Part shown: in pieces, positions 50,170-63,036 of the stretch
How the letters are laid out: every line of letters begins with the position of its first letter
Position numbering within the stretch: position 1 is the first letter of the stretch
From: Tubulanus polymorphus
Lineage: Eukaryota; Animalia; Nemertea
Direction of reading: 5' to 3'
NCBI RefSeq assembly: GCF_964204645.1
Contig: NC_134030.1
Coordinates: 17,940,210-18,004,209 of the forward strand
DNA length: 64,000 nt
The notes under the pieces: generated by a model
The model's database searches: none
What the model was told of the DNA's origin: nothing
Seen by the model: only the letters and a program-made list of their open reading frames with translations
Made by a program: the position numbers and the translations under genes

Positions 50170-51484
50170 CGAAGAAACGAAGTTCGTTTTTGCGCGGCGC
50201 AAAAACGAGAAATCACCGCGCTAAAACGCGCCAAAACGGGCGCTAAAACGAACGTTCGTTTCTGCGCTCGTTTTGGCGCGTTTCTGCGCGGTAAATTTCG
50301 TTTTTGCGCCCCGCAAAAACGGACGCAGAAACGAAGTTCGTTTTTGCGGGGCGCAAAAACGAGAAATCACCGCGCTAAAACGCGCCAAAACGGGCGCTAA
50401 AACGAAGGTTCGTTTCTGCGCTCGTTTTGGCGCGTTTCTGCGCGGTAAATTTCGTTTTGGCGCCCCGCAAAAACGGACGCAGAAACGAAGTTCGTTTTTG
50501 CGGGGCGCAAAAACGAGAAATCACCGCGCTAAAACGCGCCAAAACGGGCGCTAAAACGAACGTTCGTTTCTGCGCTCGTTTTGGCGCGTTTCTGCGCGGT
50601 AAATTTCGTTTTTGCGCCCCGCAAAAACGGACGCAGAAACGAAGTTCGTTTTTGCGGGGCGCAAAAACGAGAAATCACCGCGCTAAAACGCGCCAAAACG
50701 GGCGCTAAAACGAAGGTTCGTTTCTGCGCTCGTTTTGGCGCGTTTCTGCGCGGTAAATTTCGTTTTGGCGCCCCGCAAAAACGGACGCAGAAACGAAGTT
50801 CGTTTTTGCGGGGCGCAAAAACGAGAAATCACCGCGCTAAAACGCGCCAAAACGGGCGCTAAAACGAAGGTTCGTTTCTGCGCTCGTTTTGGCGCGTTTC
50901 TGCGCGGTAAATTTCGTTTTGGCGCCCCGCAAAAACGGACGCAGAAACGAAGTTCGTTTTTGCGGGGCGCAAAAACGAGAAATCACCGCGCTAAAACGCG
51001 CCAAAATGGGCGCTAAAACGAAGGTTCGTTTCTGCGCTCGTTTTGGCGCGTTTCTGCGCGGTAAATTTCGTTTTGGCGCCCCGCAAAAACGGACGCAGAA
51101 ACGAAGTTCGTTTTTGCGGGGCGCAAAAACGAGAAATCACCGCGCTAAAACGCGCCAAAACGGGCGCTAAAACGAAGGTTCGTTTCTGCGCTCGTTTTGG
51201 CGCGTTTCTGCGCGGTAAATTTCGTTTTTGCGCGGCGCAAAAACGGACGCAGAAACGAACTTCGTTTTTGCGCCGCGCAAAAACGAGAAATCACCGCGCA
51301 GAAACGCGCCAAAACGGGCGCTAAAACGAAATTTCGTTTCTGCGCTCGTTTTGGCGCGTTTTAGCGCGGTAAATTTCGTTTTTGCGCCGCGCAGAAACGG
51401 ACGCAGAAACGAAGCAATATATTTTTTGCATGGTATATTGCACGAAATTTTTTTTTTTTAACTTGGCCCTAATCAGCCACCATA
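50170..51484 (-). repeat. Right TIR built from a 154-bp tandem array
   Basis: Reverse complement of the left array. Confidence 0.95.
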
Positions 51485-54400
51485 GATTCGACTCTATTGC
51501 GGACAGCAGGTAAACATAATTACGTAACTATGTCTGCTGAAATGAGTGCAACCTTGACCTCGGCCACCAGGCTAATCGAGACCTGAATTAACACCACGCG
51601 TGTGACGATTTCCTCCCGATTCAAAATCATTTTGAATCGGGAGCCGAATCGGGAACCGGGAACCGGCTACTGGTTCCCGGTTCCCGGTTCAAAACCATTT
51701 TGAATCGGGAGCCGAACCGGGAACCGGGAGCCGGCTACTGGTTCAGCTACCGATTCAAAAACATTTTGAATCGGGAGCCGAATCGGGAACCGGGAACCGG
51801 GAGCCGGCTACTGGTTCAGCTCCCGATTCAAAATGTGAAGCTGGCTACTTATTCGATTCGACTCTATTGCGGACAGCAGGTAAACATAATTACGTAACTA
51901 TGTCTGCTGAAATGAGTGCAACCTGACCTCGGCCACCAGGCTAATAGAGACGTCTGAATTAACAGCACGCGTGTGACTTCAATATACACAGTTACTATGC
52001 AACTATATTCTATACTATAAGCGGCTAAGCCATAGCGTATTAACTTTGTAGCGCGTAATCTCCGTTCGTGTGGCTTCGATTACGCGTTGAGTGGTATGGA
52101 TTGAAAGAGGATGGTCTGATCTGTGTTAACGAATAGATTTCGTGCCGATACGATAAAGTTTAGGTAGACTTTTCTACCATTAAGTTTGGACTTTCCGCGT
52201 GACGTCACTGCGCGCGATGATGAAAACAAACATTTGCGCGATGTGAGCGTCAGCTGTTGCTCGTTGACTACAGAGACGCCGGTGACCTAATTTCATTTTG
52301 TCTGCCTACAGAGACGCGGTGACGTCAATTCTGGGGAATGTAATAGTGGAGAATACTGCGATGTGAGCATCATCGGTCTGATACGAGAAAGATGTACTGC
52401 ATGATTTGTTATATGTTACTAGTTCTTCTGCCCTGGGCCCGGTTTAGGTGATAATTCTAATGGAAAATGCTTAATTCGGGTTAGTTAATTGGTTTACCTT
52501 TGTCAGCGATATGAAGTTGGCTATTGAAATGTGTATTGAAATATTGTCAACATATTTGAAAATCATTTTAATCGGGAGCCGAATCGGGAACCGGGAACCG
52601 GTAGCCGGCTCCCGGTTCCCGGCTCCCAATTCAAAATGTGAAGCTGGCTAGTTATTCGCCAGGTGGCGCTGGTATATTCGATTCGACTCTATTGCGGACA
52701 GGTAAATGATATGATTGCGTAACTATGGTGTCTGCTCTCAAGTGCTAGCCGCAACCTTGACCACCAGTCGAGACGAGGCTAATCGAGACGTCTTAACACA
52801 TCGCGCAACCAGGTGTGCTGACCGCGAGCGTTGCCCGGAGCGTTGACATGCACTTTGACTCAGCAACTCATAATATCTTCTTTTATTCATTGAAGGTTTT
52901 GTGAAATAAGTGAAATCCTCGGAAATTTCTTTCCTTTTAAAAACTGCCAGCTACTGCTAATACGTACGTCATCATTCCGATATGAGTGTATGAAGCTACG
53001 AGATAGATTGTACGCGTGACTTATATGATATGTAGTTTTTCCCACAGCCAAATGGGTTAATGCCCTGGGCCCGGTTTAGGTGATAATTCGAATTGAAAGT
53101 GCTTTATTCTAGTTAGTGAATTCGATGATTAAATCTCTTTCACAAACGCTAATTAGGGAAAAGTAATTAATTGTAATTATCTCCGAAGTTAATTCCAAAT
53201 TAATTATTGCATTATTCCTATACGATGAAAAAACTATCATTAATAAAATGACCAGCCCCGTCGCTAATTATGCACACCGGAATTAGGGGGAGCTTAAATT
53301 CCCCTTCGTGAAACCCGAAACCCGACTCTGGTGAAAATGCGATCAACAAGATCAAAATTGTGACATCGTCAAATAAACAGGCGTTCGATCGAGACGTCTG
53401 CCCACCGTCTGAATCACCTACATATACATACCTATAGTCGCCTTTTTTGTTGAGTATTATTTTCCGTAAATATTATAACACACTAGAAAACGAAAACATG
53501 TGGATAATTTGGAAGAAAGGGTTGTAGTGTAGGTAAATATATTCATATGTATTCTAATCCAATGGTTACTGTGGTTGCATAGCAACTGTGAAACGTCTCG
53601 ATTAGCCTAGTGACCGAGGTCAGGTTAGCTATCGCTTATCTCAGGCGAGACATGGTTACGTAAATACGTCTGGACTGAGGAATATCGTATACTCGTGCCA
53701 TGTGAGAATAGAAAACCTGGAACGAATGAAATGTCAAAAGGTAATAGCAGAGCCGTCGGAAGGAATTTTTAAGTGGCGAGGCTTATTTCTGAAGGGGGTT
53801 TAGGGGCCCTCCCCTAGAAAAATTTTGAAAATTCAATCGCCGGAGATGCGTTTTGGGGCCATTTCACGGTCTCACTCACAGAAGCACGAGAAGCGGTGAG
53901 CCAACCACTTAGTACAGAGAACGACGAGCTGCTACGCGGTTCAGCGTGCTTTTGAAAAATATTTTGTTAAGCAAAAAAGTGGGGCGGCTTTGGCCGCCCC
54001 TGCCGCCCCTGCCGCCCCTGTTCCGACGGCCATGAATAGAGATGTTACGAGAGGTCATCGGTTGGTTTTTCGATGTATTTGATGATGCGCTGTAACTTAA
54101 ACCATAGCGCCGAATCGATTTAGGGTGTTTTAGTAAAAAAAGTCGAATCGGAACAGTTTTCCAACTTATTACTACCAACGGAATTCCTTTGTAAAAGTAC
54201 ATAATTTCAAAATTTTTGATATATCTCGAATATCGTTGATGAGTCATATATAATGAAGGTCGAAGGTTTAGAGGGTCGATTTATTGGAATTTTAAAGGCA
54301 TAGTTATATAATTTCTGGAATAGAAAAAAAAAAAGTTTGGAACTTAATGATAGTGAAGTTTCAGCATGTCTCCTTTACAATGAAGGATTCAATCCGCGAT

Positions 54401-56553
54401 GTTGATTCTACTTGCTTAAAGGGCACATGTACAATTAATAGAATATCATGTCATACTTTTTCTATGAAGTAATATGTTCACAAGTTATAATATGCTACTG
54501 ATTATCATTTCAGTCATTTCCTGAAATACACTTATAAATCGGCAGTTTGAGCAGGTGCTCACTGTATCTAGATGTGTGCAGGTACGTGTTCCTGACGTCA
54601 TCTCTATTGAAAGCTTACTGTTTACTCAGTTTCTATTCATTTAAAAGGGGTATTTAAGATTTTTTAAATTAATGATTTCTAAAGTATTGTTGGTGCCATC
54701 GTATATGATATGATAAACATATATGTTAGTGGGTGCATCATATAGCCGTGATATATAAGAGGGAACAAATTATGACTATCAATTGGATACGTATATATCA
54801 ATTGTATACGCTAGAGAGCGCATACGTGCTTAGGTTTATCACCGACATACCGTGAAAAAAGCAACAGTGAGTTTGGTGAACTGTGTAAACAAAGTGAAGA
54901 GTAAATGAACGACGCATTTATAAGAAATCATTCCTTTGCGAAATAAGCATTGCGTTTATCAATCACGAAAAGTACAATTCATTGGCCATGTGGCCAAAAG
55001 AAAAAACGTTTGAGACGCTGAAGCGAGTTTCGGTGGGCTGCAATCAAACCCACGCAAGTATGGCGCCAGAGAGGCGATCCGATGGTTATTGGACAGTGTC
55101 TGTCATCGAGAGGATTTCCGAGGTTGCGCCAGACGTGATGACACGATCAACTGGGACTATCGTAGCTACGTCACCAAGCAATGATGCTGACCTACTATTT
55201 TGATATCGGAAAAGCTGACCGTGTGAAGAAATTGATATCTGTTATCACTCATCACCGCTCAATGAGATACGCGTGAGAATCCCACCTGTTGCTGACGCAC
55301 TGTTGCCGGGGCACCGCTCCAGGGGAAATTAGTACGTATGATCACAAATGTGAAAATGCAGTGTTAAGTATTATAGCAATACAACACGACAAGTTTATCG
55401 CTTTTCTAGCAATCAGTAAATGCTCCCTATTGTGCGTACTGATCACGCCGCTTAAAGCGTATGTATGTTTCAATGCGCGAAATTAAATAGTTCCAATTGT
55501 CACCTAATTTTACTTTGCTTTCCGGAAGAAATTCAGATGTGTCGTTACTTTTACGCAAAGAGTGTAAACATGTAACAATTAATTATTGGAAATAATACGA
55601 TAGTTTTGTGCTTGAAGATAAGATACTGCCCGCGCGCATCAATCGACCGCGCTTTACTACAAGTATTCAAATAGGCCTGCAACTGCTGTATCGAATCGAT
55701 GATGAGTGTTGCATTGTATTTATCTCTCTCTAAATCGCAAATTTTTCTCTGGCTTTGCGCATAGTTTATTTCAAGTAGTGAGAAAAAAATGGTACGGTTA
55801 GCTTTGGTGCTACTGATGTCGATTTCTATTCTTTTATCTCATCATTCCAGAGAGCAGTGGAAATATGTAGAGATTTAGGGGGGATGAGGGTTATTGAGGC
55901 TTGGGTCACATAATTTTTCTGAGATCGGTAGATCACATTTTGCGGCCGTAAAAGCGCTGCGAACCGTAAAAGCGTTCATTGTTTGTGTTTTCCCGATCTC
56001 CGTTTACCTTACGTTGTACATGTTTTATATATAAGTGTAACACGGAAAATCGCAATGCCGGGTATTGATGTGCAGTCGCGGCCATGGCCATGTTTCAGAA
56101 GGTACCGGTATAATACCACGGAATATAAATGTTCTAAACTCGAAAGGGGGGACACCTTTAGATGTATATGAATCCAATGGGTAATATGTAAATAGTATGT
56201 TCGGTAAATAATGTTTGTTATGTTTTAAGATACGTTTTCATTTACCTCCTAAATGAATGCTGTTTTTCCTCCTCCATATACCATAGAAGTGATTGGAGTG
56301 TAATGAATATTCGTATTCGTATTAAAAGTATTGAGAGCAATCTGATCGAATAGTATTAAAACATGTGTGTAACTGAAGCTTTTATATATATATATATACG
56401 TAAAAACAAGAATTTATTTATTGAATCTAAAAAATTTTTATTATCCGTTCACCACGTTTGAGTGTGGTTATCGTTCTATCCTGAAGTGAAGCTACAGCTG
56501 ACAGTAATTAGAATATCAGGCTTTCATACCAGAGTACGAGAGTACTAAACACC

Positions 56554-56620
56554 ACTCATCACCACAAGTAATTTTTTTTTCCTACTCATCACCACAAGTA
56601 ATTTTTTTCCCTAATAAATG
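56554..56620 (+). promoter_or_regulatory. Conserved Maverick promoter-like motif ACTCATCACCACAAGTAA-T-rich-TAAATG (partly tandem-duplicated here); also at 2495-2531, 2911-2947, 3396-3433 (+) and 62978-63013 (-)
   Basis: Near-identical ~37-bp sequence ending at the ATG of several unrelated ORFs. Confidence 0.8.
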
Positions 56621-59600
56621 GGAGAGAGTGAGTTCCAACTAGAAAACAATAATGTCAATAAAAATCAATATTATTGTCAATATTGTAAAAAATACATCGA
56701 TAAATCTAATAAAACTAAACATGAAAAATCTTCAAATCATATACAAAATTTAATAGATTTTGAAACTCCAGAAAATTCCAATGAAAGAAAAGAACGATTA
56801 GAAAATATGAATGTGGATGAAATAAAATGTGAAGTTTGTAATGAATTTATAGTAAAAAGGAATTATAATAGACATCTCGAATCACAAAAACATTATAAAA
56901 ATTTAAATAAAAATGTTTTAGGATTAGAATATTTTGATAATAAACCTCAACAAGTAAAAGAATCAACTTCAAAAACAAAATCCATTTCAAATAAACCTTA
57001 CATGGAAAATGTTAGAAATTATATTGATTCACTAGAAATAAAAGATACAATTGAAATCTTAGAAACATTACATAGTAAAATTGGTCCTGCAGCAATTATA
57101 TTTAGATTTTTTAAAGGTACAACAATAGAAGATTATAGTAAATTTAATGAAATAATAGAAAAAATACTAGATTTGATAACAGATGTTGAATATCCAAAAA
57201 TTAGTATCTCTGGGAAAGTAAGTTTTATTAAGTCAGAAGAAAAAATGGATTATAATATTCAAACACACTCTGAAGAAATAATTTCAAAAACACAAATAAA
57301 AGAGAAGTTAGAAAAAATATTAAATGAATTTAAACGTCATATTGAAGAAAGATATTTTGAGGTTTCTGGTTTAACATTGAATGAAATTATATATTTAGAT
57401 TTAAATGTTTATAATACAAAAAGAAATAAAACATCAAAAAGTAATAAAATGTTTAAAAATGATTCAAACTTTACAACAGAAAAAGATATGAAAGCATCAA
57501 GTTATATTAAATTACCATTTAAAACTAATGCAGTAATTAATATACAGAATGATGATAATAAATGTTTTCTGTGGGCGATTATAAGTTGTTTACACCCAAC
57601 AGAAGATATGACGCATAGTTTTAGAATAACAAATTACCGGAAATATGAAACATTATATAAAATTGATCAATATCCAGTAACTATAAAAATGATTCCTAAA
57701 ATAGAAAAAGTTAATAATTTAAAAATAAATGTATTCGAATTAATGCAATTACCAAAGACAAAAGGTGAAAATATTAAAGATTATACATTGGAAGCTTTAT
57801 ATTTAACAGAATATTATGATGATGAAAATGCTATAGATTTGTTATATTACAAAAAAGATGAAAATGAACATTATATGTGGTTAAAACAAATTGATTTATT
57901 CTTTAGAACAGAAAGTGATCATCATAATAAAATTTATCTATGTAGAAAATGTTTATCTAAATTTATGATTGAGAATACATTATTAAAACATAAAGAATTA
58001 TGTGATAATAAAGATTTTTGTAAATTAATAATGCCAACAGAAAAAGATTATAAATTGAAATTTACTAATCATAAATTTAAAAATATTGTTCCATTTGTAA
58101 TTTATGGGGATTTTGAATCGTTGAATAAAGAATTAACTGATCAAGATAGAAAAGAAATATATAACAAAAAGCAATTATTAAAATCAATGGATAAAGGAAG
58201 TGAATTAAATGAAGACATAATACAAGACCCACCAATTATAAATACAATTAAAAAAGTTCATCAAAGAGCTGCTGCTTATGGAATTTATATAAAATCAAAT
58301 TATCCCGAATTATATGAAAGTCAATATATTTCTTTTAGAGGTGAAAATGTAGTTAATGATTTTTGTGATAAAATTATTGAATTAGAAAGTGATTTTGCAA
58401 AATTATTAAACAAAAATAAAAGAATAGTTATGACAAAAGAAGATGAAATTGATTTTAATTATGCAACTCATTGTTGTTATTGTGAAAAACGTTTTTATTC
58501 ATTTGATAAAAGAGTTAGAGATCATGATCATTTAAATTCAAAATATCGTGGAGCTGCTCATGAAGATTGCAATTTACAAGCTAAAAAAGTAAATTTCGTA
58601 CCAATATTATTTCATAATTTATCAGGCTATGATACCCATCTATTTATAAAACAATTATCGGGAAAATTGGGCGCAATTAATCAAGAAATAGAAGAATATA
58701 ATGCTATGAATGAAGCAAATGTAAGAAAATATGATTTTAAACTATTAGCTAAAACATCTGAAAATTATATTTCATTTCAATTTGGTTGCATTAGATTTTT
58801 AGATTCTTATAGATTTCTAGCAAGTTCATTAGATAATTTATCAAAATCATTTTATAATGATTTCAAAATAATGATTTTATTATAACTCGATATTATTATC
58901 CAAATGAACAAGATTTTAAATTATTGAGATATAAAGGCGCAATTCCTTATTCATTTTATAAAACACATGATGATTTTAATATAACAGAATTATGAAGATC
59001 AATTTTATGATAAATTAAAAGAGGAGTATGTGAAAGACGAAGTTTTTGATAGAACATTAAATATTTGGAACCATTTTAAGATGAAAAATCATGGCGAATT
59101 AGTTGATTTATATTTAAAATCAGATGTTATGATATTGGCTGACATATTTGAAAAGTTTAGAGAAGTTAATCTAAACCATTTTAATGTTGATCCTTGTTAT
59201 TGCTACTCTAGTCCTGGTTTAACCTGGCAATGTGGTTTAAAATATACAAATGTAGAATTAGATTTATTAAAAGAACCAGATATGGTTTTATTATTTGAAA
59301 AATCAATTAGAGGTGGAATTAGTGGTGTTATGGGAGATAGGTATTTTAAAGCAAATGATGAATATAAATTATTATATATTGACGCCAATAATTTATATGG
59401 TTGGGCAATGATGCAACCTCAACCATATAAAAATTTTATATTAACAGAAGTTGAAAATGATGATAAAACTGATTGGGAAAGCGCAATTGCGAGTTTAAAA
59501 GACGAAGCACCAATTGGTTATTTCTTTGTAGTTGATTTAGAATATCCTGAAAATATAAAGTTTAAAACAAGAAACTTACCTTATTGCCCAGAACATTTAA

Positions 59601-61694
59601 CTGTAGATGATAGTTATTTAAGTGAATACCAGAAGAAAATAAAACCGAAAGATCATGTTTTTACAGAAAAATTAATACTTACTCAAAATAATAAATACAA
59701 TTATATTGTTCATTATAGAATGTTAAAATTTTATCTAAAACAAGGAATGAAATTAAAGAAAGTACATAGATATATTGAATTTAATCAATCAAAGTGGTTA
59801 GAAAAATATATAGATTTCAATACTCAACAGAGAACAATATCAAAAAATGATTTTGAAAAAGATTACTTTAAACTGATGAATAATGCGTTCTATGGCAAGA
59901 CTTGTGAAAACATAAGAAATAGAAATGATATTGAGTTAGTTAGTAATGGTAAAAGATTAAGGCATTTACAATCGTATCCGAAATTTATAGGCAACAGAAT
60001 ATTTGATGAAAATTTAGCAGCAGTTAAAATGAGGAGAACTTCAATGAAGTTCAATAAACCTATATTTATTGGTGCATCAGTTCTAGAAATTTCAAAATTA
60101 TTAATGTATCAATTTTACTATAACATATTACAACCCCATTTTGGAGAAAAAAATATAGAAATATTATATTTTGATTCTGTAACAGCTGACACCCCAATAT
60201 TATTAAAATGTAATAATAAAATATTGGTAAGAAGAATTTCAGAAATAATTCCAAAACAAAATGAATGTTATATTTCATATGGTGAAAAAGAATTAATACA
60301 AATAAATGGATTAATGGATGTTTGGACGAGAAATGGATGGAAAAAATTAAATAAAATTATCAGACATAAAACAAATAAGAAAATCTATAGAGTTAGAACT
60401 AAATTAGGATTTGTAGATGTTACAGAAGATCATAGTTTAATTAAACAAAATGGTGATGAAATAAAACCAACTGATATAAAAATTGGAGATGAATTATTAC
60501 ATAAAAGATTTTACCCAAGAATGAATCATATGTCATTTGATGATAATTGATAATATTTATAATATAGAACCCGAAACATTGGAAGAAAAAGAATATTTTA
60601 TCAAAGGATTTTTCATGGGTGATGGTTCAGCAGGTGTGTATAATTATGTTAGTGGAACTAAATATTGTTGGTATTTATGCAATCAAGACTTAAAATTATT
60701 AGAAAGAATTAAGAAATTCTGTGAAGAAGTTTATCCAAATAAAACTTTTAAAATCATGGATGTTATGAAATCATCAGCAGTTTATAGAATACATGTGAAT
60801 AATCCTAAAGATTTTGCTATAAAATATAATAACGAATTCTATATTCATGCAATAGTGAAAAGTAATACTTCAACTAAAGAAAAGATAGTTCCAGATTATG
60901 TATTAAATGCAAAAAATAATTTAAAAAAATGGTTCTTCATTGGATTCTACGCAGCCGATGGTACTAAAAGTTTCAAAAACCGCAAAACAATATCTTTAGC
61001 TCAAAAAGGAAAAGTTGCTATATCAGGATTAAATATATTATGCAATTCATTAGGTTTTAATATGAATATTGGATTGATTAAATCTAAACCAAATTGCTTT
61101 AATATAAGCCACACAGAAAATGAGATAACTGAAGAAGTTAAAGATTTATTTGAAATATATAACCCAACAGATTATGTTTATGATTTATCAACTGAAGATG
61201 GTACATTTAACTGTGGATTTCCATTAATAGCCAAAAATACTGACGCCTACATACTAAAAATAAAAACTGATAACATAACAAAAGACTTAAAAACATTAAA
61301 ACATCATTTTGATTTTAGTAATTACCCTAAAGATCATGAATTGTTTAGTAATGATAATAAAAAGATTCCTGGTAAGTTTAAAGATGAATTAGGAGGTGAT
61401 GAAATGATTGAATTTGTTGGGATAAGAAGTAAAATGTATAGTTACAGAACAAAAGATCATGAAGCTAAAAAGTTAAAAGGAATAACAAAACATGTGGTTG
61501 ATAAACATATAGAATTTCAAGATTATATAAAGTGTTTATATAAATCAATTGTAATGAAACACAAAATGAATTGTTTAAGATCAGAAGATCATGAGATGTA
61601 CATTAATGAAGTTGAAAAAACTAGTTTAAATCCATTTGATGATAAAAGGCATATTTTAGATGATGGTATAAAAACATTACCTTATGGTTATTAA
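56618..61694 (+). pseudogene. polB: Protein-primed family B DNA polymerase with intein; disrupted at ~58860-59030 and ~60545
   Basis: N-terminal Zn fingers, ExoI YGDFES, endonuclease-VII-like insert RDHDH..YRGAAH..CNL, ExoII FHNLSGYD, FLDSYRF, motif A YIDANNLYG, motif B KLMNNAFYGK, split motif C YFD^TD, C-terminal DDKR. Confidence 0.95.
60176..61238 (+). mobile_element. Intein (~355 aa) with LAGLIDADG homing endonuclease in PolB motif C
   Basis: Block A SVTADTPILL, block B VDVTEDHSL, LAGLIDADG helices FIKGFFMGDG and FFIGFYAADG, block F YVYDLSTE, block G LIAKN|T. Confidence 0.93.
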
Positions 61695-62980
61695 AACATA
61701 AAATCAATATCATCAAATTCGAAATCATTATTGTCTTCTTCATTTTCATGTTCTTCTTCCATTCCATTTTTCTCATTTAAATAAAGTTCTATCTTGTTCC
61801 ACATTTCATCTCGCTCTCTTTGTTTCTTTTTGTTTGTTAATTCATCAAATGGAATTATAATATCTAGGTTTAAATAATTTACAATCTTATTCAAAAAGAA
61901 TTCATAATTTATTGAATCTGTTATTCTATTTTCCAAATGATACATTAATATTTGTTTAAATATTTTTTTTATATTTTCCATATCTTCTTCTGTTAATTTA
62001 GGTTTTTCATAATAATCGTTAAATAATAAATATAAATACATTTTCTTTTGTTTTGTGTTAAATGTTGGTGGAATAATTGTTTTTATAATATCTTTTTTAG
62101 TTATTTCACCATTTTTATTTTCTATTATTTTCATTTTTTCAAGCCATTGCATATATTCTGGTGTATGATCTTCTATAGAAAATATTTTAAAAATTTCATC
62201 AAGATAATTTAATTTTGGATCTATAAGAAAATTTCTAATTTTTTCTTCATCCCATAAATTCTTTTGCCATCCACAATCAACACAAAATAACACAGTACCT
62301 TCTTGTCTTAAGGTCGCATAAATACATTGTGGGCATTTTTGTTTATAATTTATTGGTAATAGATTTTCATTAAGCTCTTGGTATTTTCTTACGTTTTCTT
62401 TATGTTTTACTGTTCTATTATGTAGATTTGAATTACTTGTTGTAATAATCAATTTACAATATTTACAATAATATGTTTTTCTTGTTAATTCATTATATTG
62501 TTTTTCTAACTTTTCAACTGTTTCTTCATTATCTGGTAACGTTTTCTCATATTTTATTTTTTCTAATAAATTATTTTTTCTTTCATTGAATTCAGTTTCA
62601 AATTTATTAGAAATTTTATCTATGTGTGCTTTACTAAATTGATGATTCTCCCAATCTTCTATATTGTCAGGGCTATATTTTACTTGACAAGGCTCACAGA
62701 AATTATTCTTTACATTATTCTTGTTATAAAATAAAAAAGGTCTTTTCCAAATAACTTCAGGTTCAACTTCAGCAGAATTATTATCAACATTAGCTGTTGC
62801 GCCATTAATTCTACACTTCTCTGAATGTTTTTTAACATAATTTCTTGAGAATAATTGATTACATTTTGGGCAGTTTATTTTAGGGGGTTTATAATTTTCA
62901 TCATGTTTTTTCATATGTCGAGCCTTATTACTTTTTCTTAGAAGTTCACCACAAATTTCACATGCTATCTTCTCGTCCAT
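61691..62980 (-). CDS. Multi-zinc-finger protein with a C-terminal poxvirus/NCLDV VLTF3 (A2L)-like late transcription factor domain
   Basis: C2H2-type fingers, zinc ribbon CPQC..EGTVLFCVDCG, then PKLTEEDMENIKKIF..SINYEFFLNKIVNYL..KKQRERDEMWNKI, resembling the VLTF3 C-terminus. Confidence 0.65.
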   Translation of the reverse strand: MDEKIACEICGELLRKSNKARHMKKHDENYKPPKINCPKCNQLFSRNYVKKHSEKCRINGATANVDNNSAEVEPEVIWKRPFLFYNKNNVKNNFCEPCQVKYSPDNIEDWENHQFSKAHIDKISNKFETEFNERKNNLLEKIKYEKTLPDNEETVEKLEKQYNELTRKTYYCKYCKLIITTSNSNLHNRTVKHKENVRKYQELNENLLPINYKQKCPQCIYATLRQEGTVLFCVDCGWQKNLWDEEKIRNFLIDPKLNYLDEIFKIFSIEDHTPEYMQWLEKMKIIENKNGEITKKDIIKTIIPPTFNTKQKKMYLYLLFNDYYEKPKLTEEDMENIKKIFKQILMYHLENRITDSINYEFFLNKIVNYLNLDIIIPFDELTNKKKQRERDEMWNKIELYLNEKNGMEEEHENEEDNNDFEFDDIDFMF

Positions 62981-63036
62981 TTATTAAGGAAAAAAATTAC
63001 TTGTGGTGATGAGGTAATTTTTTTATGTTATAAATA

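Larger units (their letters stand above)
37390..51484. mobile_element. Complete IS3EU-type DNA transposon (14,095 bp)
   Basis: Ends TATGGTGGCTG..CAGCCACCATA; 6-bp TSD GATTCG (37384-37389, 51485-51490); the uninterrupted target tattcgattcgactct is visible at ~51850; IS3/IS481-like DDE transposase inside. Confidence 0.88.

Noticed and set aside
54300-56500. Short ORFs and a (TA)n tract upstream of Maverick copy 2
   Set aside because: No recognisable motifs or homology within the window; ordinary intergenic DNA.
58460-58580. Endonuclease-VII-like insert in the pPolB exonuclease domain as a novelty
   Set aside because: A known, common feature of one Polinton pPolB group.
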